Source: Lepidodermella squamata (Eukaryota > Animalia > Gastrotricha). Taken from it: DNA of 64,000 nt. Below, piece after piece: positions 35,675 to 49,498 of this stretch. The position numbers were made by a program, and so were the translations under genes. The notes below the pieces were generated by a model. The model was given only the letters and a program-made list of their open reading frames with translations. It was not told the origin of the DNA and ran no database searches. The number at the start of each line of letters is the position of its first letter. The stretch's first letter is position 1. The stretch spans positions 806,001 through 870,000 of the forward strand of contig JBLDXI010000002.1 of NCBI GenBank assembly GCA_047495785.1, in the 5' to 3' direction.

Positions 35675-35907
35675 CCGTAGAGCGGTACAATTTTGAACAG
35701 GGTACAACTTTGAACATTTTTTCAAAAGTACAATTTTGAACGAACGTTTGCATTGAAAATTTCGTTAATGTTCAAAATTGTACTTCACACTCATGAAAGT
35801 ACAATTTTGAACACTTTCATTTTTTTCAATGCAAACGTTCGTTCAAAATTGTACTTTTGAAAAAATGTTCAAAGTTGTACCCTGTTCAAAATTGTACCGC
35901 TCTACGG
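35675..35907. mobile_element. Palindromic MITE (Tc1/mariner-pogo-like ends, TA TSD)
   Basis: TA|CCGTAGAGCGGTACAATTTTGAAC...GTTCAAAATTGTACCGCTCTACGG|TA; about 85-bp near-perfect inverted arms. Confidence 0.85.
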
Positions 35908-36609
35908 TATGTCGCGTTTTACTAGAAATGAATAACATGAAAATGCTTTAATGTCAGATGTGTCAGGCAACGACGCTCGCTCTTTCTAGCCGCAGTACAC
36001 ACATGCACATACACACAGCGTGCGCTATGTGTCGTCCGTCGCTGCATTGTGCTCGTTTGTGTGTGAGTACTATGACATGTCACGTCCTATGCCCACGCGC
36101 TCGCCATAATGGTGCGATAACACTGCTGTCACGTTCTCGCCGCCGCCGCTGCTGTCGGCATGACACATAATCAATATTTACAGCTTGTCACGTAATGTGA
36201 ACGCTGGCCTGTAATAAAGGGATGTAGTAGTGGTAAAACTGAGTTGTACTTCGTGACACGCAATTTGTGAAGAATACTCCCAAATGACGGAAGGCTCAGT
36301 TGATTTGTCACTTTTCAATATGGCCTAAAAAAAGTAGGTTTTTCGATGATTAAAAATCATTCCTAATTCAGAAATCGATGATTTTTTGCAAAAATGTGTG
36401 ATTGCCGAATTATCTGAAAAATGTGGTGATTTTACGATTTTTACCCAATTTTTGTTTGCGATTTTAATGATCGAATCAGTATATCTCATAAATAAAATGG
36501 GACATCAATTTACGGGTAATTTTGGACACTCATTTGCATACTGAATTTTCCAATTTTCCCTGACCCTTGGGTCTAATTTATGAAAAATTTATCAACCAAT
36601 GGCTCATCA

Positions 36610-36953
36610 GTTCTATGCTAATTGCGCAAAAGAAAATAGAGCAACGAAAATAGAGCAAGGGCTTTATAGAGTAAAACGACAAAAGAGCAAGTTTAACAAT
36701 TAATTTTAGCTCTTATTTATTGTAAACAATATTTGCTCTTCTGTCCTTTTGCTCTAATTTCATGTTGCTCTTTTTTCGTTTTGCTCTTTTTTCATTTTGG
36801 TCATTTTTAGTTGCGCTAATTTCGTTGCTCTAATGTCACAGTCATAATAATTAATTGAATTTGCTCTTTTGTCGTTTTGCTCTTATATCGTTGCTCTCAA
36901 GTCGCTGCTCTACTTCCGTTGCTCAATTTTCGTTGCTCAATTAGCATAGAACC
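36610..36953. mobile_element. MITE (Mutator-like) with GAGCAA/TTGCTC subrepeats
   Basis: TIR GTTCTATGCTAATTG...CAATTAGCATAGAAC; 9-bp TSD GGCTCATCA (36601-36609, 36954-36962). Confidence 0.8.
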
Positions 36954-37414
36954 GGCTCATCATCTTTTTGTCCAAAAATACAAATAAAATTACAAATCTT
37001 TCCAAATTTCGAGAAACCACTATATTATTCGAAAGCATGACAGATTTAGCAATTTTGTGACGTGCAACCCAATTGATGAAACGAACTATTTTCAGGTTTT
37101 CTCAATGAATCTCAATGAATCAATTTTATCATGTCAATAACCGATAGTTCGTTCTACTTCACGAGCTGGAGGTACAGAACCGATATCGATTCCAAGTATC
37201 GATTTTATTTATCAGTGCTTTTTCATGAAGTCTGAGCTAAAATTGAAAATCTTCCTAGAAGGCTTTACTATTGATCAGAAAAAGTCGAAATCGCAAGAAA
37301 ATCGGTAAGTAATCATGTTGACCCAGATTCACATTTATTTCAAAAATGCGTCAATAGTCAATAATCGCAATAGTCAAAAGGTAATAATTCATCATTTTAT
37401 AGCTTCAAAATAGG

Positions 37415-39246
37415 TCACAAGTCTCTAATCATGCTTTCATATCTCCGTGAAAGACTTAGAATATAACAATAGACGCAACTTTTCGACGTATCGTCGTGTA
37501 GATGTAAGCCTCGATTTTCCGTCCAAACTGGCTGATGGTCCTCGTCCAACTCAAGCGACGGGTGAAGCTCGAAAAATGCGTGGCCCAACTTGAATGGATG
37601 ATGAAAATCAAACAAGGGCGAGTAGGTTTCGGCAACCATTTTGTGGCGAAATTGCTTGTAATTATCAAAACCAGTTGTATTCAACTCAGCGACTACGTCC
37701 CCAGGAGCTACAACTGCAGCCATGCTACTCTGCAACGCAATTTACAGCCATAATTCATGCCTATTTTTCAAAAATAAAATGAGGGAAAAAATAATTAAAT
37801 TTAACCAAACCTGGCAAACATTGATGAAACAGCTCGGAAATCTGACCAGTAATTATTGGGAATGTAAAACATATCGGCGGGTCCAGTAGCTAGGCGCCTC
37901 AACCCTCCAGTTTTTCGAACTAATCGGTTGAGCCTTTCTTGCCAAAATTTAGATTTTGCGGCTAGTTGCTGAAGTTCGTTGTAAAATTTAATGGCATGTT
38001 TCTGATACAGCCGAGTGTAGTACCACTTCGATTTCTCTGGGCAGTCGATAGTGTTGTTCCCTGTAAATCCGGTACAGACATTGGCCTATCAAAATATTTA
38101 AAAAATGTTGATAATTACCGGGCTGCAAATAACAAGCAAATTATTTAAAAAATTGGCAATAAATTTGAAAAATTTTGATTTCAATTTTTTTTAATTTTTT
38201 TTAATTATTATGTTTATTTCGAAAAATATACTTTCGTATAAAAATTTGGTACAAAAAAATTCGTGTTTTCAAAAGGGCACGCAGGCCGCTAACTTTGAAC
38301 CAATTAAATTTTTAAATTAAAAAAATTGCATTATTTAAACCGTTTAATATACAAATTTGAAATTTCATTGAATTTTTTTAATTAAGCATGATTTTTTTAT
38401 TTGGACGAACTGTATCAATGTCGTAAATTAACTGCGACCCGCCATGTTCGCGCATCGCCCACACTTTGTCGAGCGTTTTATTGCTATTACCCGCCGACCA
38501 TGTCCAAAAATTGAGCATCACATCATCCGCGACAACGAACGCCCCCACAAATTGATTGCTTATGCCTAGTTGATCGGTTAATTCCAGGGCTGAATCGAGA
38601 CATTTATAAGACATCTGACCAGACTCCATATTCGGGGTAGGGTGTCTAACGACGAGGGTATCCTCGGTAAGCTGTACATAAGGATTCGATTTCCACTCTC
38701 GTGATATCGGCATAAATTGTGTCGCATTCGAATCAGTTATGCAGAATATTATTTTCCCAAATATTCTGCAAAAAAATTACAAATATTTTAATTATTAAAA
38801 GAAATTTATTTACCCTTCGTAGAGTGTGTGCAATTTTTTCGCCGACGTAAATTGCGCAATATTGAAGTAAATGACCAAAATCGTTTTTCGATAGTCATTC
38901 ATCTTCGAGCCGAATTCGTTGAACAACGCGGCCATTTCGTTGTTAGATGCCGACGAATTCGGCCAGGCCGATTGGCTGATTTTATAATCGATAAATTGCT
39001 GACAGGTCATGTTTTTCCTTCCAATTAATGTCGCGTTTTGAGACCTCAAAACGCTGGAACAAACTTGATCATAAATGCGCAGAAGTTTCTGGAATTCGCT
39101 GCCGCCAATTTCAACACCAGCCAATCGAGCGATACTTGCGGTCGATGTCGATGGGTCAAAATAGAATGATAGAGAGTAAAAAATTGCGACTATGAAAACT
39201 AGAGCTAGCGAGCGTTTCAAAGGAGTATCTCTCTCGCCAAAATCAT
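37415..39246 (-). pseudogene. STELLO/DUF288 C-terminal-domain-like type II membrane protein, disrupted copy
   Basis: Same four-exon layout as 40323-41958. A 2-bp excess in a (GA)n run just after ATG shifts the frame, and TAA at 37742-37744 replaces the Glu of the paralog's WLEIA. Confidence 0.65.
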
Positions 39247-40322
39247 TTTATAAATTACTATGAAAAAATAATAATATCAGTGATAAAAATTAGGTGTTTT
39301 CAACTTTAAGGTTTACCAATAATTAATCAGTTTTATATCATCAAAAATTATACATTAAAATTGTTTACATGAATCGAATATCCCAAGAAATTTTTCACAT
39401 TCGACTGGCGTCCACGTTGAAATATTAACCTTGGCTTTTTTATGCGATATATATATTTTAGCGTCTCCTGACGCGTGTCAGCGAGAGGACCAGGCACGCG
39501 AAGTCTATTACTTATCATACAGAATTATGAACAGCATTGCTAAACTTGCGTGTGGAAAGTTGAATGAATCGTAAAAACGTACGATTGATTTTTTCATATT
39601 ATTTCAAGGTTTTTTTTAAATTAATTTTTATTTCATTTAAAGCCGAATGGTAGCTATTTAGCCCACTCTATATAGGGTGACTACAACCCCAGGGTGTCTA
39701 AAAGGCATACATCTGCGCTGGGAAATCGTATAAATTCGATGAAATTGGATAAATGTATCGGCTTGGTGATAAGCTGGGACCCGTTTATTGGGACTGTCAC
39801 CACAGTGTCATAATCAAAATCGATTTTACACCTGTCACCCAATTGAATGCATCGCTAGGTAGATCTCATCGCGTCATTTTTTTCGAAATGCGACCTTTAA
39901 TTGCCAAGAAGTAATAAAACTTTGAAATCCGATACTTTACATCGGATCCGATAATTACACCGAGTCAAAAATATTTTTGATGGAGCCCGAAAAGTATTTT
40001 TAATCGAGGAAAAAAAGTAGAATGACTCGTGTCGGGCGCTTTTTGAACCGACAAATCAGGTCTAAAACAAATCGAATGATTGAGGATTCACTGGTTCCAC
40101 CAAGTGTAGCAGCTCAGGTGTTGGTTATCTAAGCCTGATCTGGGTTAATATCTCCCGAGTTAACATCTCGGAATTCTGGAACCCTTTGACCTGTGATTGT
40201 GACTGGCCCATGAATCACCATTGTCCTAGGTTTCGCCATTCTCATGTTACCCCAATTTGGGCGATCTCGTTGATCGATCTCATCTAATCGCCAACAATTC
40301 TCACCAAGGATCTTCAAATAAT

Positions 40323-41958
40323 TTATTTTTGCTTCATTTTTTCGAATTCACGACATAATTTAAGAATATAACAATAAATGCAAGGCTTAGAAGAGTCGCT
40401 CTGCAGATGCCGGTCGCGGTTGTCGGTCCAAACCGGCTGGCGATCTTCATCGAGGTCGTAATTGCTGTGATATTTCGCGAAGGCACTACTCATTTTAAAT
40501 GGGTGCAGATAATCCAGGTAGGGTGAGTAAGAACTGGCGATCATTTTGTGCCTGAAACCGTCCCAATTGTCCAAACCAGTCGGATCTAGCACGCTAATTA
40601 CATCATCGTGCGGCACTATGGCTTTTATTGCACTATGAAGCGCGATTTCAAGCCACATCTCATGCCTAAAAAATTGGAAATTAAAATTAATTATAAATTA
40701 TAATTTAAATAAAAATCTTGACTCACTTTGCAAATAAGGATAAAACAGGCCGGAAATATGTCCAATAACGCTTGGGAATATAGAAGAAATCGGCTGGGCC
40801 GTTAACAAGCCTCCGAGGCCCTCCAGTGGCGCTGGTTAATCGACTCAAAGTCGCGTTCCAAAATTGAGAAATTTCCGCCAATTTCTCGAGTTCGTCGTGA
40901 AAAGCGGTGGCGTTTGGTTGAAACAGCCGGGTATAGTACCATTCGGCGTCAGTTCGGCAATCCTCCTTATTGTCCCACGTTTTTCCCGTACATTCCTTTG
41001 ACTATAATGCAAACATTTACATGAGTCTAAATAATATCTGTACCCCTAAAACGAAGGTTCCAGCACTACATTTTTCAAGTGCCTCAAGCGATGTGTTGAA
41101 AAATTATTTTCAATTTTTTAAATATTTTACCGTGTCCACTTCGTAAATTAACTGAGACCCGTTATTTCGCATTGCCCAGATATTGCCGAGGGTTTTATTG
41201 CCATTATCTGCCGTCCAGGTCCAAAAATTGAGCAGCACATCATCCGCAGCTACGAAAATTCCGTCGAAATGTTGACTGATGCCCAATTGATCGGTTAGCT
41301 CTAAAGCTGAATCTAGGCACATGTACGACATTTGACCTGATTCGTACGTTGGCAACGGGTGGCGGACGTAGAGAGTGTCCCCAGGCAGCCGAACGTAAGG
41401 ATTCGAAGCCGTCACCGGCCAAAATTGCGTCGCGCTCGAATCAGTGATGCAGAAAATTATTTTCCCGAATATTCTATTTAAAATCCTATTTATCGTGAAT
41501 TTCTCAAAAAAAAATCAGCCTCACCTGTCATAAAGAGCAAACAATTTCGCTGCTGACGTGAATTGAGCTATGTTGAAATAGACAACAAGAATAGTTTTCC
41601 GATAGTCATTCTGCTCGCCAAAATCGTTGAAAAATCGCCGAATTTCATCCCGCTCCGAAGAAATTGAAGGCCACGCAGAAGACGAAGCTTTAAATTCCAG
41701 TAGATCGCTGCATGTCAGTGATCCGTCTTTCGAATAGCTCAGCTCCTTAGGAATGATGAAATTCTTCGAACTCAGCACTCTATTGCAAATTTTGTCGTAA
41801 AAGCGTGAAGGGTCCGCTGTTATCGCCTTGAATTTCGCGGTTGATTGAGGTAATATTTGAGCTGATTTATCCCCGATAAAAGTCGAAGCGATATAATAGA
41901 CAGGTGTGAAGACAGCTATTGTTAAAATGACCCATTTACTGACTATTTTAACACCCAT
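40323..41958 (-). CDS. STELLO/DUF288 C-terminal-domain-like putative glycosyltransferase-fold protein; exons 41958-41525, 41473-41131, 41001-40727, 40665-40323
   Basis: TM anchor; ILVVYFN, SYMCL, FVAADDVLLNFW, ADFFYIP, WLEIA and HPFK motifs. Confidence 0.7.
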
Positions 41959-42727
41959 TTCACTGCGTTGTTAAAAATGGGGATTATATTTTCACAAATT
42001 TATTTGCTTGTCTTCCTGATTTTATTTATTTTTCTTCTGTATTTAAGGGGGAAAATGAGGCACGTGTCAAATTATCACATCTTCTCTTTTACGCTAATGA
42101 ATGAATCAATTTGACAATACATTTCTAGACAGTCATTTGCGTATCTTCTTCGTCGTCGTGTTCCGCTTTCATGTTTTAATGAGTGTATCATTTTATTGCT
42201 TTTGGCACTGAGCAATAATGCCTTGCATTGATTTATTGTTTGCCAATATTTGAGTCTCTCTTTCTATATTTTTGCGTTTTTTAATTGTCTAGAATTTAGC
42301 CCAAAATTGCGCGTATTTATACTGAAAAATGTCAGGAATTGGACCATCCAGCCTCTTAGTCCAATTTCATTCTGGACACCTGTATTTATTTACCCAGGGT
42401 TTTTTCTATTGAATACGCTATATACGCATTAGAGCTGCAAAAAATGTAATACTAGAAAGCCGCCACGCGATAAAAAATTCCAGCTCAATTTGCTCGCACG
42501 CTTGTAGCATTCATACTGATGTATAGCAGGGTGCTTGATAAAACACTTTTTTTGCTATCGCTTTGTATGGTCGGACACGCGCACGCAAAACGAGCATAAA
42601 AGGCGGACGAATGCTTTGTCTTCGTCATGCACTACTTTTATTTTCCATAAAACCGCAATAATTTTCGCCTATTTGCTTATACCCACTTTCTTTTCGATTG
42701 ATTTAGTAAATTATTTGACTCTGAAAA

Positions 42728-43207
42728 ATGTTCGAGGAAGGCACAACGCTCGGTTTGTTGAAGGCGACCAGCCTGGCTGGTGCTGGCCTGTTCGCCGGAG
42801 CCGCTTTCAACGCGTCATCCGCCGACGTCCCAGCTCGCAAATCACTCACCCTTGAGCACTCTGTCATGCAATTTCAAGCCTGGTTCAAGAGCACAGCCAT
42901 TCAGCAATCGGTTTGGTCCGTCGCTGGTGGATTAGCCGGTATCGCGGCCGGTAAAATCATGATGAACCAAGGCGATGAGGCCGGCAAGACGTTTCTCGTC
43001 GGTGGTCTAGTGCTTTTCAGCGTTATGCCATGGACTGTTATCGTTATGAAGCCGACGCTGAAGTATGTGCTGGATCCTAAGATTGACAAGAAGTCGAAGC
43101 AAACTGAGGAAATGATGGATCATTGGGCCAACTTGCACCACGTTCGCACTGTCCTGGGCTTTGTCTCACTGGCCATCTTAGTCAAGGCTGCTTTCCTTCA
43201 AAAATAA
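42728..43207 (+). CDS. DUF1772/anthrone-oxygenase-like 4-helix membrane protein, copy 1
   Basis: GLFAG, DVPAR, PWT..M, HWANLHHVRT motifs; intronless. Confidence 0.8.
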   Translation: MFEEGTTLGLLKATSLAGAGLFAGAAFNASSADVPARKSLTLEHSVMQFQAWFKSTAIQQSVWSVAGGLAGIAAGKIMMNQGDEAGKTFLVGGLVLFSVMPWTVIVMKPTLKYVLDPKIDKKSKQTEEMMDHWANLHHVRTVLGFVSLAILVKAAFLQK

Positions 43208-43399
43208 CCATCCAATCGAGCAATATCGATTTTCAGGGAAAGATTCTTTTGATAGTATCAAAAATAATCAGCAAATAAAAAGATGAATTTTCTCTGCAAG
43301 TTATTCAATTTTTCAACAATTATTTTTTCAATTTTTCTAATTTAATTTCGAATTAATTTGATTTATTAGGAAAATATGTTAAAATGTTGAATTAATGAA

Positions 43400-43868
43400 A
43401 TGCTGAATGAAGACACCGTGATTGCTTTGTTGAAGGCGACCAGCCTGGTCTTTTCACCGGAGCTGCTTTTAACATATCACCGCCGACGTGCCAGCTCGAA
43501 AATCGCTCGGAGTTCAGCATTCGATTACGCACTTTCAGGCATGGTTCAACAGCACAGCCATCCAGCAAGCGGTTTGGTCAACTGCCGGAGGCCTGGCTGG
43601 TGTTGCGGCCGGTAAAATCATGCTGAACCACGGCGATGAGGCCGGTAAGCCTTTCATCGTCGGCGGTTTGGTTCTTTTCAGCGTTGTACCATGGACGGGT
43701 ATTGCTATGAAGCCGACGCTGCGGTACGTGTTGGACCCCAAGGTTGACAAAACGTCGAAGCAAACGGAAGAAATGCTGGACCATTGGGCAAATCTGCACC
43801 TTGTTCGCACAGTTCTTGGCTTTGCTTCGCTGGCCATTTTTACGAAGGCTGTTTTCTTCCAAAAATAA
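43400..43868 (+). pseudogene. DUF1772-like copy 2, frameshifted
   Basis: About 10-bp deletion near 43447 and 1-bp deletion near 43480 relative to copies 1 and 3. Confidence 0.75.
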
Positions 43869-44213
43869 CCATTCGATCGAGCAATATCGATTTATCAGGA
43901 TAAAAAATGATTTTTGCCATAGATGATAGTTATCCTGGCTATCAAGAGAATAATCAGTAAATAAAATGATCAGTTTTTCATTTTTTTTCATTTTTTTCAT
44001 TTTTTACTTTTTTACTTTTTGAATTTTTGAATTTTCTACATTTTTGGATACTATTTTTGAATTTTTGAATTTTTCACTTCTTTTAAATGTTGAAATTTTT
44101 GCTTTTTATTTTTCCTATATTATTTCTCAATTTTCCTAATTTAATTTGCGAATTAATCAGACATTTTAGGAATTTATTTTTAAACTTTAAATTCAAATTT
44201 CAAATTTTTGAAA

Positions 44214-44696
44214 ATGTTCAATGAAGATACTACGCTCGCTCTGTTGAAGGCCGCCAGTGTGGCCGGGGCTGGTCTTTTCGCTGGCGCCGCTTTTAACATA
44301 ACAACCGCCGACGTGCCAGCTCGCAAATCACTCGGCCTTGAGCACTCGGTTACGCACTTTCAGGCCTGGTTCAAGAGCACGGCCATCCAGCAATCGGTTT
44401 GGTCGATAGGAGGAGGTTTGGCCGGTATTGCGGCCGGTAGAATTATGCTGAAGCACCAGGGCGATATTGCCGGCAGGCCTTTTCTCCTCGGCGGTTTGGT
44501 TCTGTTCGCCGTTTGCCCATGGACGATTATTGTCATGAAGCCGACCCTGCAGTACGTGCTGGATCCGAAGATTGACAAGACTTCGAAGCAGACTGAGGAA
44601 ATGATGGACCACTGGGCTAATTTGCACCTTGTTCGCACGGTTCTTGGCTGTGTTTCCCTGGCTATCTTAGTCAAGGGTGCCTTCCTCCAAAATTAA
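44214..44696 (+). CDS. DUF1772-like copy 3
   Basis: Intact paralog; ATG at 44214. Confidence 0.8.
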   Translation: MFNEDTTLALLKAASVAGAGLFAGAAFNITTADVPARKSLGLEHSVTHFQAWFKSTAIQQSVWSIGGGLAGIAAGRIMLKHQGDIAGRPFLLGGLVLFAVCPWTIIVMKPTLQYVLDPKIDKTSKQTEEMMDHWANLHLVRTVLGCVSLAILVKGAFLQN

Positions 44697-45589
44697 ACAC
44701 GCGATCAAGCAAGATTAATCTATTAGGAACTGACGTTTGATGTAGATGATAGAATCCTTGGCAATCATCAAGAATAAAATGAGTATATCCTGTGCTGGAT
44801 TTTTCTAACAATTATTTATATATCACTTTGTTGTTCCAAGTGCCATTTCATAAATTCAAGGAACTGATCACGAATTAGGAACTATTTGTTTTTGCACAAA
44901 TTACAACAACTTCTTCGAAAAAGTTTGATTGAAGATCCAAGAGCTGCATTTTGAACTTGGAGCGAACTTGGATGATATCTCCCTGATTGTCGTTGATTTT
45001 CCAGAATCTTATCAGCAATCTGGACCTCCTCACACGACTTCACCCTATGTACTTTTGCGTCACACGTGCTTTAGAAAAAGGTTCAGCGGCATTTGCATTA
45101 TTTAACCTTTTTCCTCAACTTCTTTGGAAATTTCCAGAAAATCAGAAATAATTCTACAGCGGAATTCAACGTTTGACCCGAATTCTGAGTTGGCGAAGTT
45201 TCAGGGTGCCCACAGACAATCGAACGAGGATTTTTCGCCTCATAATTTCTTTTCGAATGTTTTTTTGCTTTTTTGCTTTTTTGCTTATTGTTTTTTTATT
45301 GTATACGGACAATCATAAATAAAAAATATACTCGCGCCTCAAATGTATTTGAAACATGGCCGCAAACGATTTTTTCACAATTCATAATTCATAAAGATCC
45401 TCAACCATTTTGTGCGCGTTTTGCGATGGGAATGCCCCAGCTTCAGCGCTTTTATAGAATTCACATCAGCCAATATAAAACCTACGATTTTCGATAATTA
45501 ATATTCTCTTTCATTTTCCCTTTTGCCTTTTTTGCTAGGAAAAATTTATCCAATTTAAAATTTGGATATTTTCTCTAATTTTATTGAAA

Positions 45590-46071
45590 ATGCTAAATGA
45601 TGACACCATTCTTGCTATGCTGAAGGCGACCAGTCTAACCGGGGCTGGTGTCTTTTCGTCGGAGCGGCTCTTGCTGCCACAGTCGCCGATGCTCCAGCTC
45701 GAAAATCGTTAGGAATCCAACATTCGGTCGCGCAATTTCAGGCCAAGTTCAAACGCGCGGCCATCCAACAGTCGGCTTGTTGCCTAGCTGGAAGTTTGGC
45801 CGGTATTGCGGCTGGTAAAATCATGATGAACAATGGCGATGCGAGCGGCAGGCCGTTTTTTGTCGGCGGTCTAGTTCTTTTCAGCATTGTGCCATGGACG
45901 GTTGTTGTTATGAAGCCGACGTTGAATTACGTGTTGGATCCTAAGATCGACAAAGCTTCGAAGCAAACTGAGGAAATGATGGACCATTGGGCTAATTTGC
46001 ACCTCGTTCGCACTGTTGTTGGCTGTATTTCTCTGGCCATCCTAGCCAAGGCCGTGTTCCTCCAGAAATAA
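45590..46071 (+). pseudogene. DUF1772-like copy 4, frameshifted
   Basis: 2-bp GT insertion near 45650 (GCTGGT-GT-CTTTTC); the rest is open. Confidence 0.75.
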
Positions 46072-46683
46072 ACGCTCGACCGAGTAATATCAATGTAACG
46101 GGAAGAGACCTATTAATTAAAAAAATAATAGCAACCTCAGGAAAAATCTGAATAAAATATAAAATGATATAAAATATGAATATAAAATCATTTCCAAGTT
46201 CAAGGTATCATCCAGACAGAACGATACTTCTTGCTCTTGGGCTAACAATATTTATGTCTTTGATTTCGGCCGGCCAAACCGTGCTACACGCGGAATTAGT
46301 GGGTATTTTTCGGGTTTAAAATTGGGAGCGCATCGTCGTTGCTAACTCCACGCGAGCTAATTTTCAAGGCACGAGTCTTCCCGCATTTTGAGCTTTATAT
46401 TTCAGAATTCTTCCAAATGTTATTTCTCGGAATTAGCGTCGTTAATTTCGCTCTTCATATTTTAATCCATGAATTTTTCTAAAATTTCAATTTTCATTTT
46501 TGCTATTTCGAAACTCAAACGGAAGGATTTTATGGGATTTGTTTCGATAAGAATTCACTCACGGCCTGACCCTTACCAATTTAGCATTTTCCAGGTGTAT
46601 TTATCCTGCATACATTTTTGAGCTTCAATTTTTTATAACATTGAAAAGTTGCTTCTTAGAAAATATTCCTAAATTCAAAAATT

Positions 46684-47178
46684 ATGCTGATTGATGAGGA
46701 CACCTTGCTGCGAGGCCTGCAACTGACCAGCATTGCTGGCAGCGGTCTTTTCGCCGGCTGCGCTACGCACCACTCGTTATGCGATGTTCCGGCCCGAAAA
46801 TCGCTCGGACCAGCTCATTCGATCAGCCAATTTCAAGCCTGGTTCTACACAACTGGCAAACTTCAAATTTCTTACGCTATCATCTCAGCAACTGCGGGCA
46901 TTTGGGCGGGTAAAATTCTGCTAAAATCATCGAAAGAAGCCGCCAAGCCATTTTTCCTCGGTGGCGCCCTGATTCTTGGCATAGTGCCATGGACTGGTAT
47001 TGTGATGAAGAAAACACTGGTTTATTTACTGGACCCGAAGATCGACAAAAATTCCGCGAAAACCGGCGAACTGCTGGACTATTGGGCCAACCTTCACGCT
47101 GTTCGATCGATCCTTGGCTCGTTAGCCTTAATTTCTTTCTGCAAGGGCGCTTTCAACACTTCGAAGCCTTTATTTTAA
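46684..47178 (+). CDS. DUF1772-like copy 5
   Basis: Intact paralog, YWANLHAVRS. Confidence 0.8.
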   Translation: MLIDEDTLLRGLQLTSIAGSGLFAGCATHHSLCDVPARKSLGPAHSISQFQAWFYTTGKLQISYAIISATAGIWAGKILLKSSKEAAKPFFLGGALILGIVPWTGIVMKKTLVYLLDPKIDKNSAKTGELLDYWANLHAVRSILGSLALISFCKGAFNTSKPLF

Positions 47179-48138
47179 CAGACAACACTCTGCCTATATC
47201 GCCTAAGCTCGATGAAATTTTCCTTCTGAACTAACCATTGTATGATATTTCGATTTTGATTAAAATTAATATAGGTGAAATTACGGCTGTTTAAATCAGG
47301 GCAAAATATGCAATTTAAGTTCTCCAATAATCACTGATCAGTAATAAGAAAATCAAGTCTTTTTGCGCCACTTTTTTGCCTCGATTTTCAGCAATCAAAA
47401 TCGAAGATTACTTTTCCCCTCTGTATCGACCAAAAGCTCGTTTTTTTGACCCAGACATGCTAGGAAAAAAGGATCTAGAACGCTAAATCATTCTTGCATT
47501 GGGAATAATTATTGGAAATTATGGAAATTATTATAATATATATTATATTATATATATATATTATATTATATACGATAATTAAAAATCCATCTTAAAATGT
47601 TTCCACCTTGAATTCTCCTTAAAATCTCTCAAGGCAATTTAACGTGGATTTGTTATCATTTAACCTCGATTAGGCCTCGAACCAGCTTTTATCGCCTTTA
47701 TCGGCCGAGTTTTGTCTAAAATCGTAAGTTTTGACCTCAAAAACACGTGTTGACCTATTTTTATAATGAATCGTAGCAATAAACGTAGCTAGCTAAAAGT
47801 AGGTCACGGCTAAAATGCTGAATAATTAGTAACCCCATTTCGATATTTCGCTTGCCCTCTTCTCTAGGAAAAATATCCGAAAAGGAGAGTTGTAGCTCAA
47901 AATTTAGGAGTAATTTTTTACGATGAAAGGTTTTATACCAATATTTTAGATATTTCCGAGATCCCTTCCAGAATACTTCTAATGCCGCACGATTACACAT
48001 CTACAACTTTCAAAATTCTTCAACGGAAATCATAGACATAATTTAGAATTTAGGATTATATGTCTACGACGGCAATTTACGGAATGTCATTTTTTATGTA
48101 GGTAGGATTGCTTTTTATCCTAACGAAACCTCTTATCC

Positions 48139-48633
48139 ATGTTTATCGATGAGGAAACGCTGCTCAAAGGTCTACAACTGACCAGCATTGTAGGATCGGG
48201 GCTATTCGCCGGCTGCGCCTGCCATCACACGCTGTGCGATGTTCCAGCTCGAAAATCACTCGGAACACCGCATTCGATCAGCCAGCTACAAGCCTGGTTC
48301 TACACAACTGGCAAGCTTCAAGTTTTCTACGTTTTCACCTCAGCCACTGCCGGTTTATGGGCGGGTAAAATTCTGCTGAAATCATCAAAACAAGCCGCTA
48401 AGCCGTTCTTCCTTGGCGGTGCTTTAATTTTTGCCACTGTGCCATGGACTGGTTTTATGATGCGGAATACCGTGCATTATCTGATGGACCCGAAAGTCGA
48501 TAAAAATTCCGCGAAAACCGGCGAACTACTGGATTATTGGGGCAATCTCAACGCTGTTCGAGCGCTTCTCAGCTCGCTGGCCTTGATTGTGTTCTGCAAG
48601 GGCGCTTTCGGTACCTCAAAGCCCCTGATTTAA
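48139..48633 (+). CDS. DUF1772-like copy 6
   Basis: Intact paralog, YWGNLNAVRA. Confidence 0.8.
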   Translation: MFIDEETLLKGLQLTSIVGSGLFAGCACHHTLCDVPARKSLGTPHSISQLQAWFYTTGKLQVFYVFTSATAGLWAGKILLKSSKQAAKPFFLGGALIFATVPWTGFMMRNTVHYLMDPKVDKNSAKTGELLDYWGNLNAVRALLSSLALIVFCKGAFGTSKPLI

Positions 48634-49498
48634 AACATTAAAATTTCTCTTATGAAGTAAAAATCGAAAAATCGCTTGTCCTATAATTTTGACTCTTCTG
48701 TCGAAAAATTCTAATCACGCCACTGTAATTTTACATAAAAATTGCAGATAAATTCAAAAAATTTATATAGGGCTCAACAAAAATCACTTAAGTCTCAGTT
48801 AATTGATTTTTTCAATAATTCGATTATCGATTATCGATTATCGGAAAAAAGACCAATATTAGACAACAAAGTATTGAAAAAACGAGATTTTGCTAAAATT
48901 TAAGATTTTCAGTTTTACTATCCTGGTGTGTAAAATAAGCGGAATTTTCAGGTAAATGTCGTCGGAATTGAAGAAATTGGCAAAAATTTCGAAAAAATGT
49001 CTTCTCCAAACCGGTTCATCCTAATTTTCTGCCAATTTATTTCTAGAGGTTTCAAGGAACGGGAAATACTATGGCAACATCAATTTGCTGCAATAATTTA
49101 ATAATTACTTGAAATTCGAAAAAAATTGAAATTTCTCCGAATTCGAAAAATGGTAAAAGCCATTCAAGCGCCTTACCAGAATTAGTAGGAATCTGTCAAA
49201 AATTTATTTAAAAAAAAACATCACTTGGCACTTCATCTCGCTATTTTATTAGGCTTACGATTTCTTTAATTAAATCGGTCAATTTCCATAACACTAAAAA
49301 TTAGCGTAACAAAGTGGGGTCGCATTATTATTGCGCAACAAGTCGAATAAAGAGGTCAGAGTTGCATAATATTTGGACTCATTAGACAGAAAAATCTCGC
49401 TTTCACTAATCATTCATTTGAATTCGATTCCTCATTTAAAAAATTTAAAATTTATTTTCCTGAATTTTTAGAACATTTTAAATTTGAAAACCGTGAAA

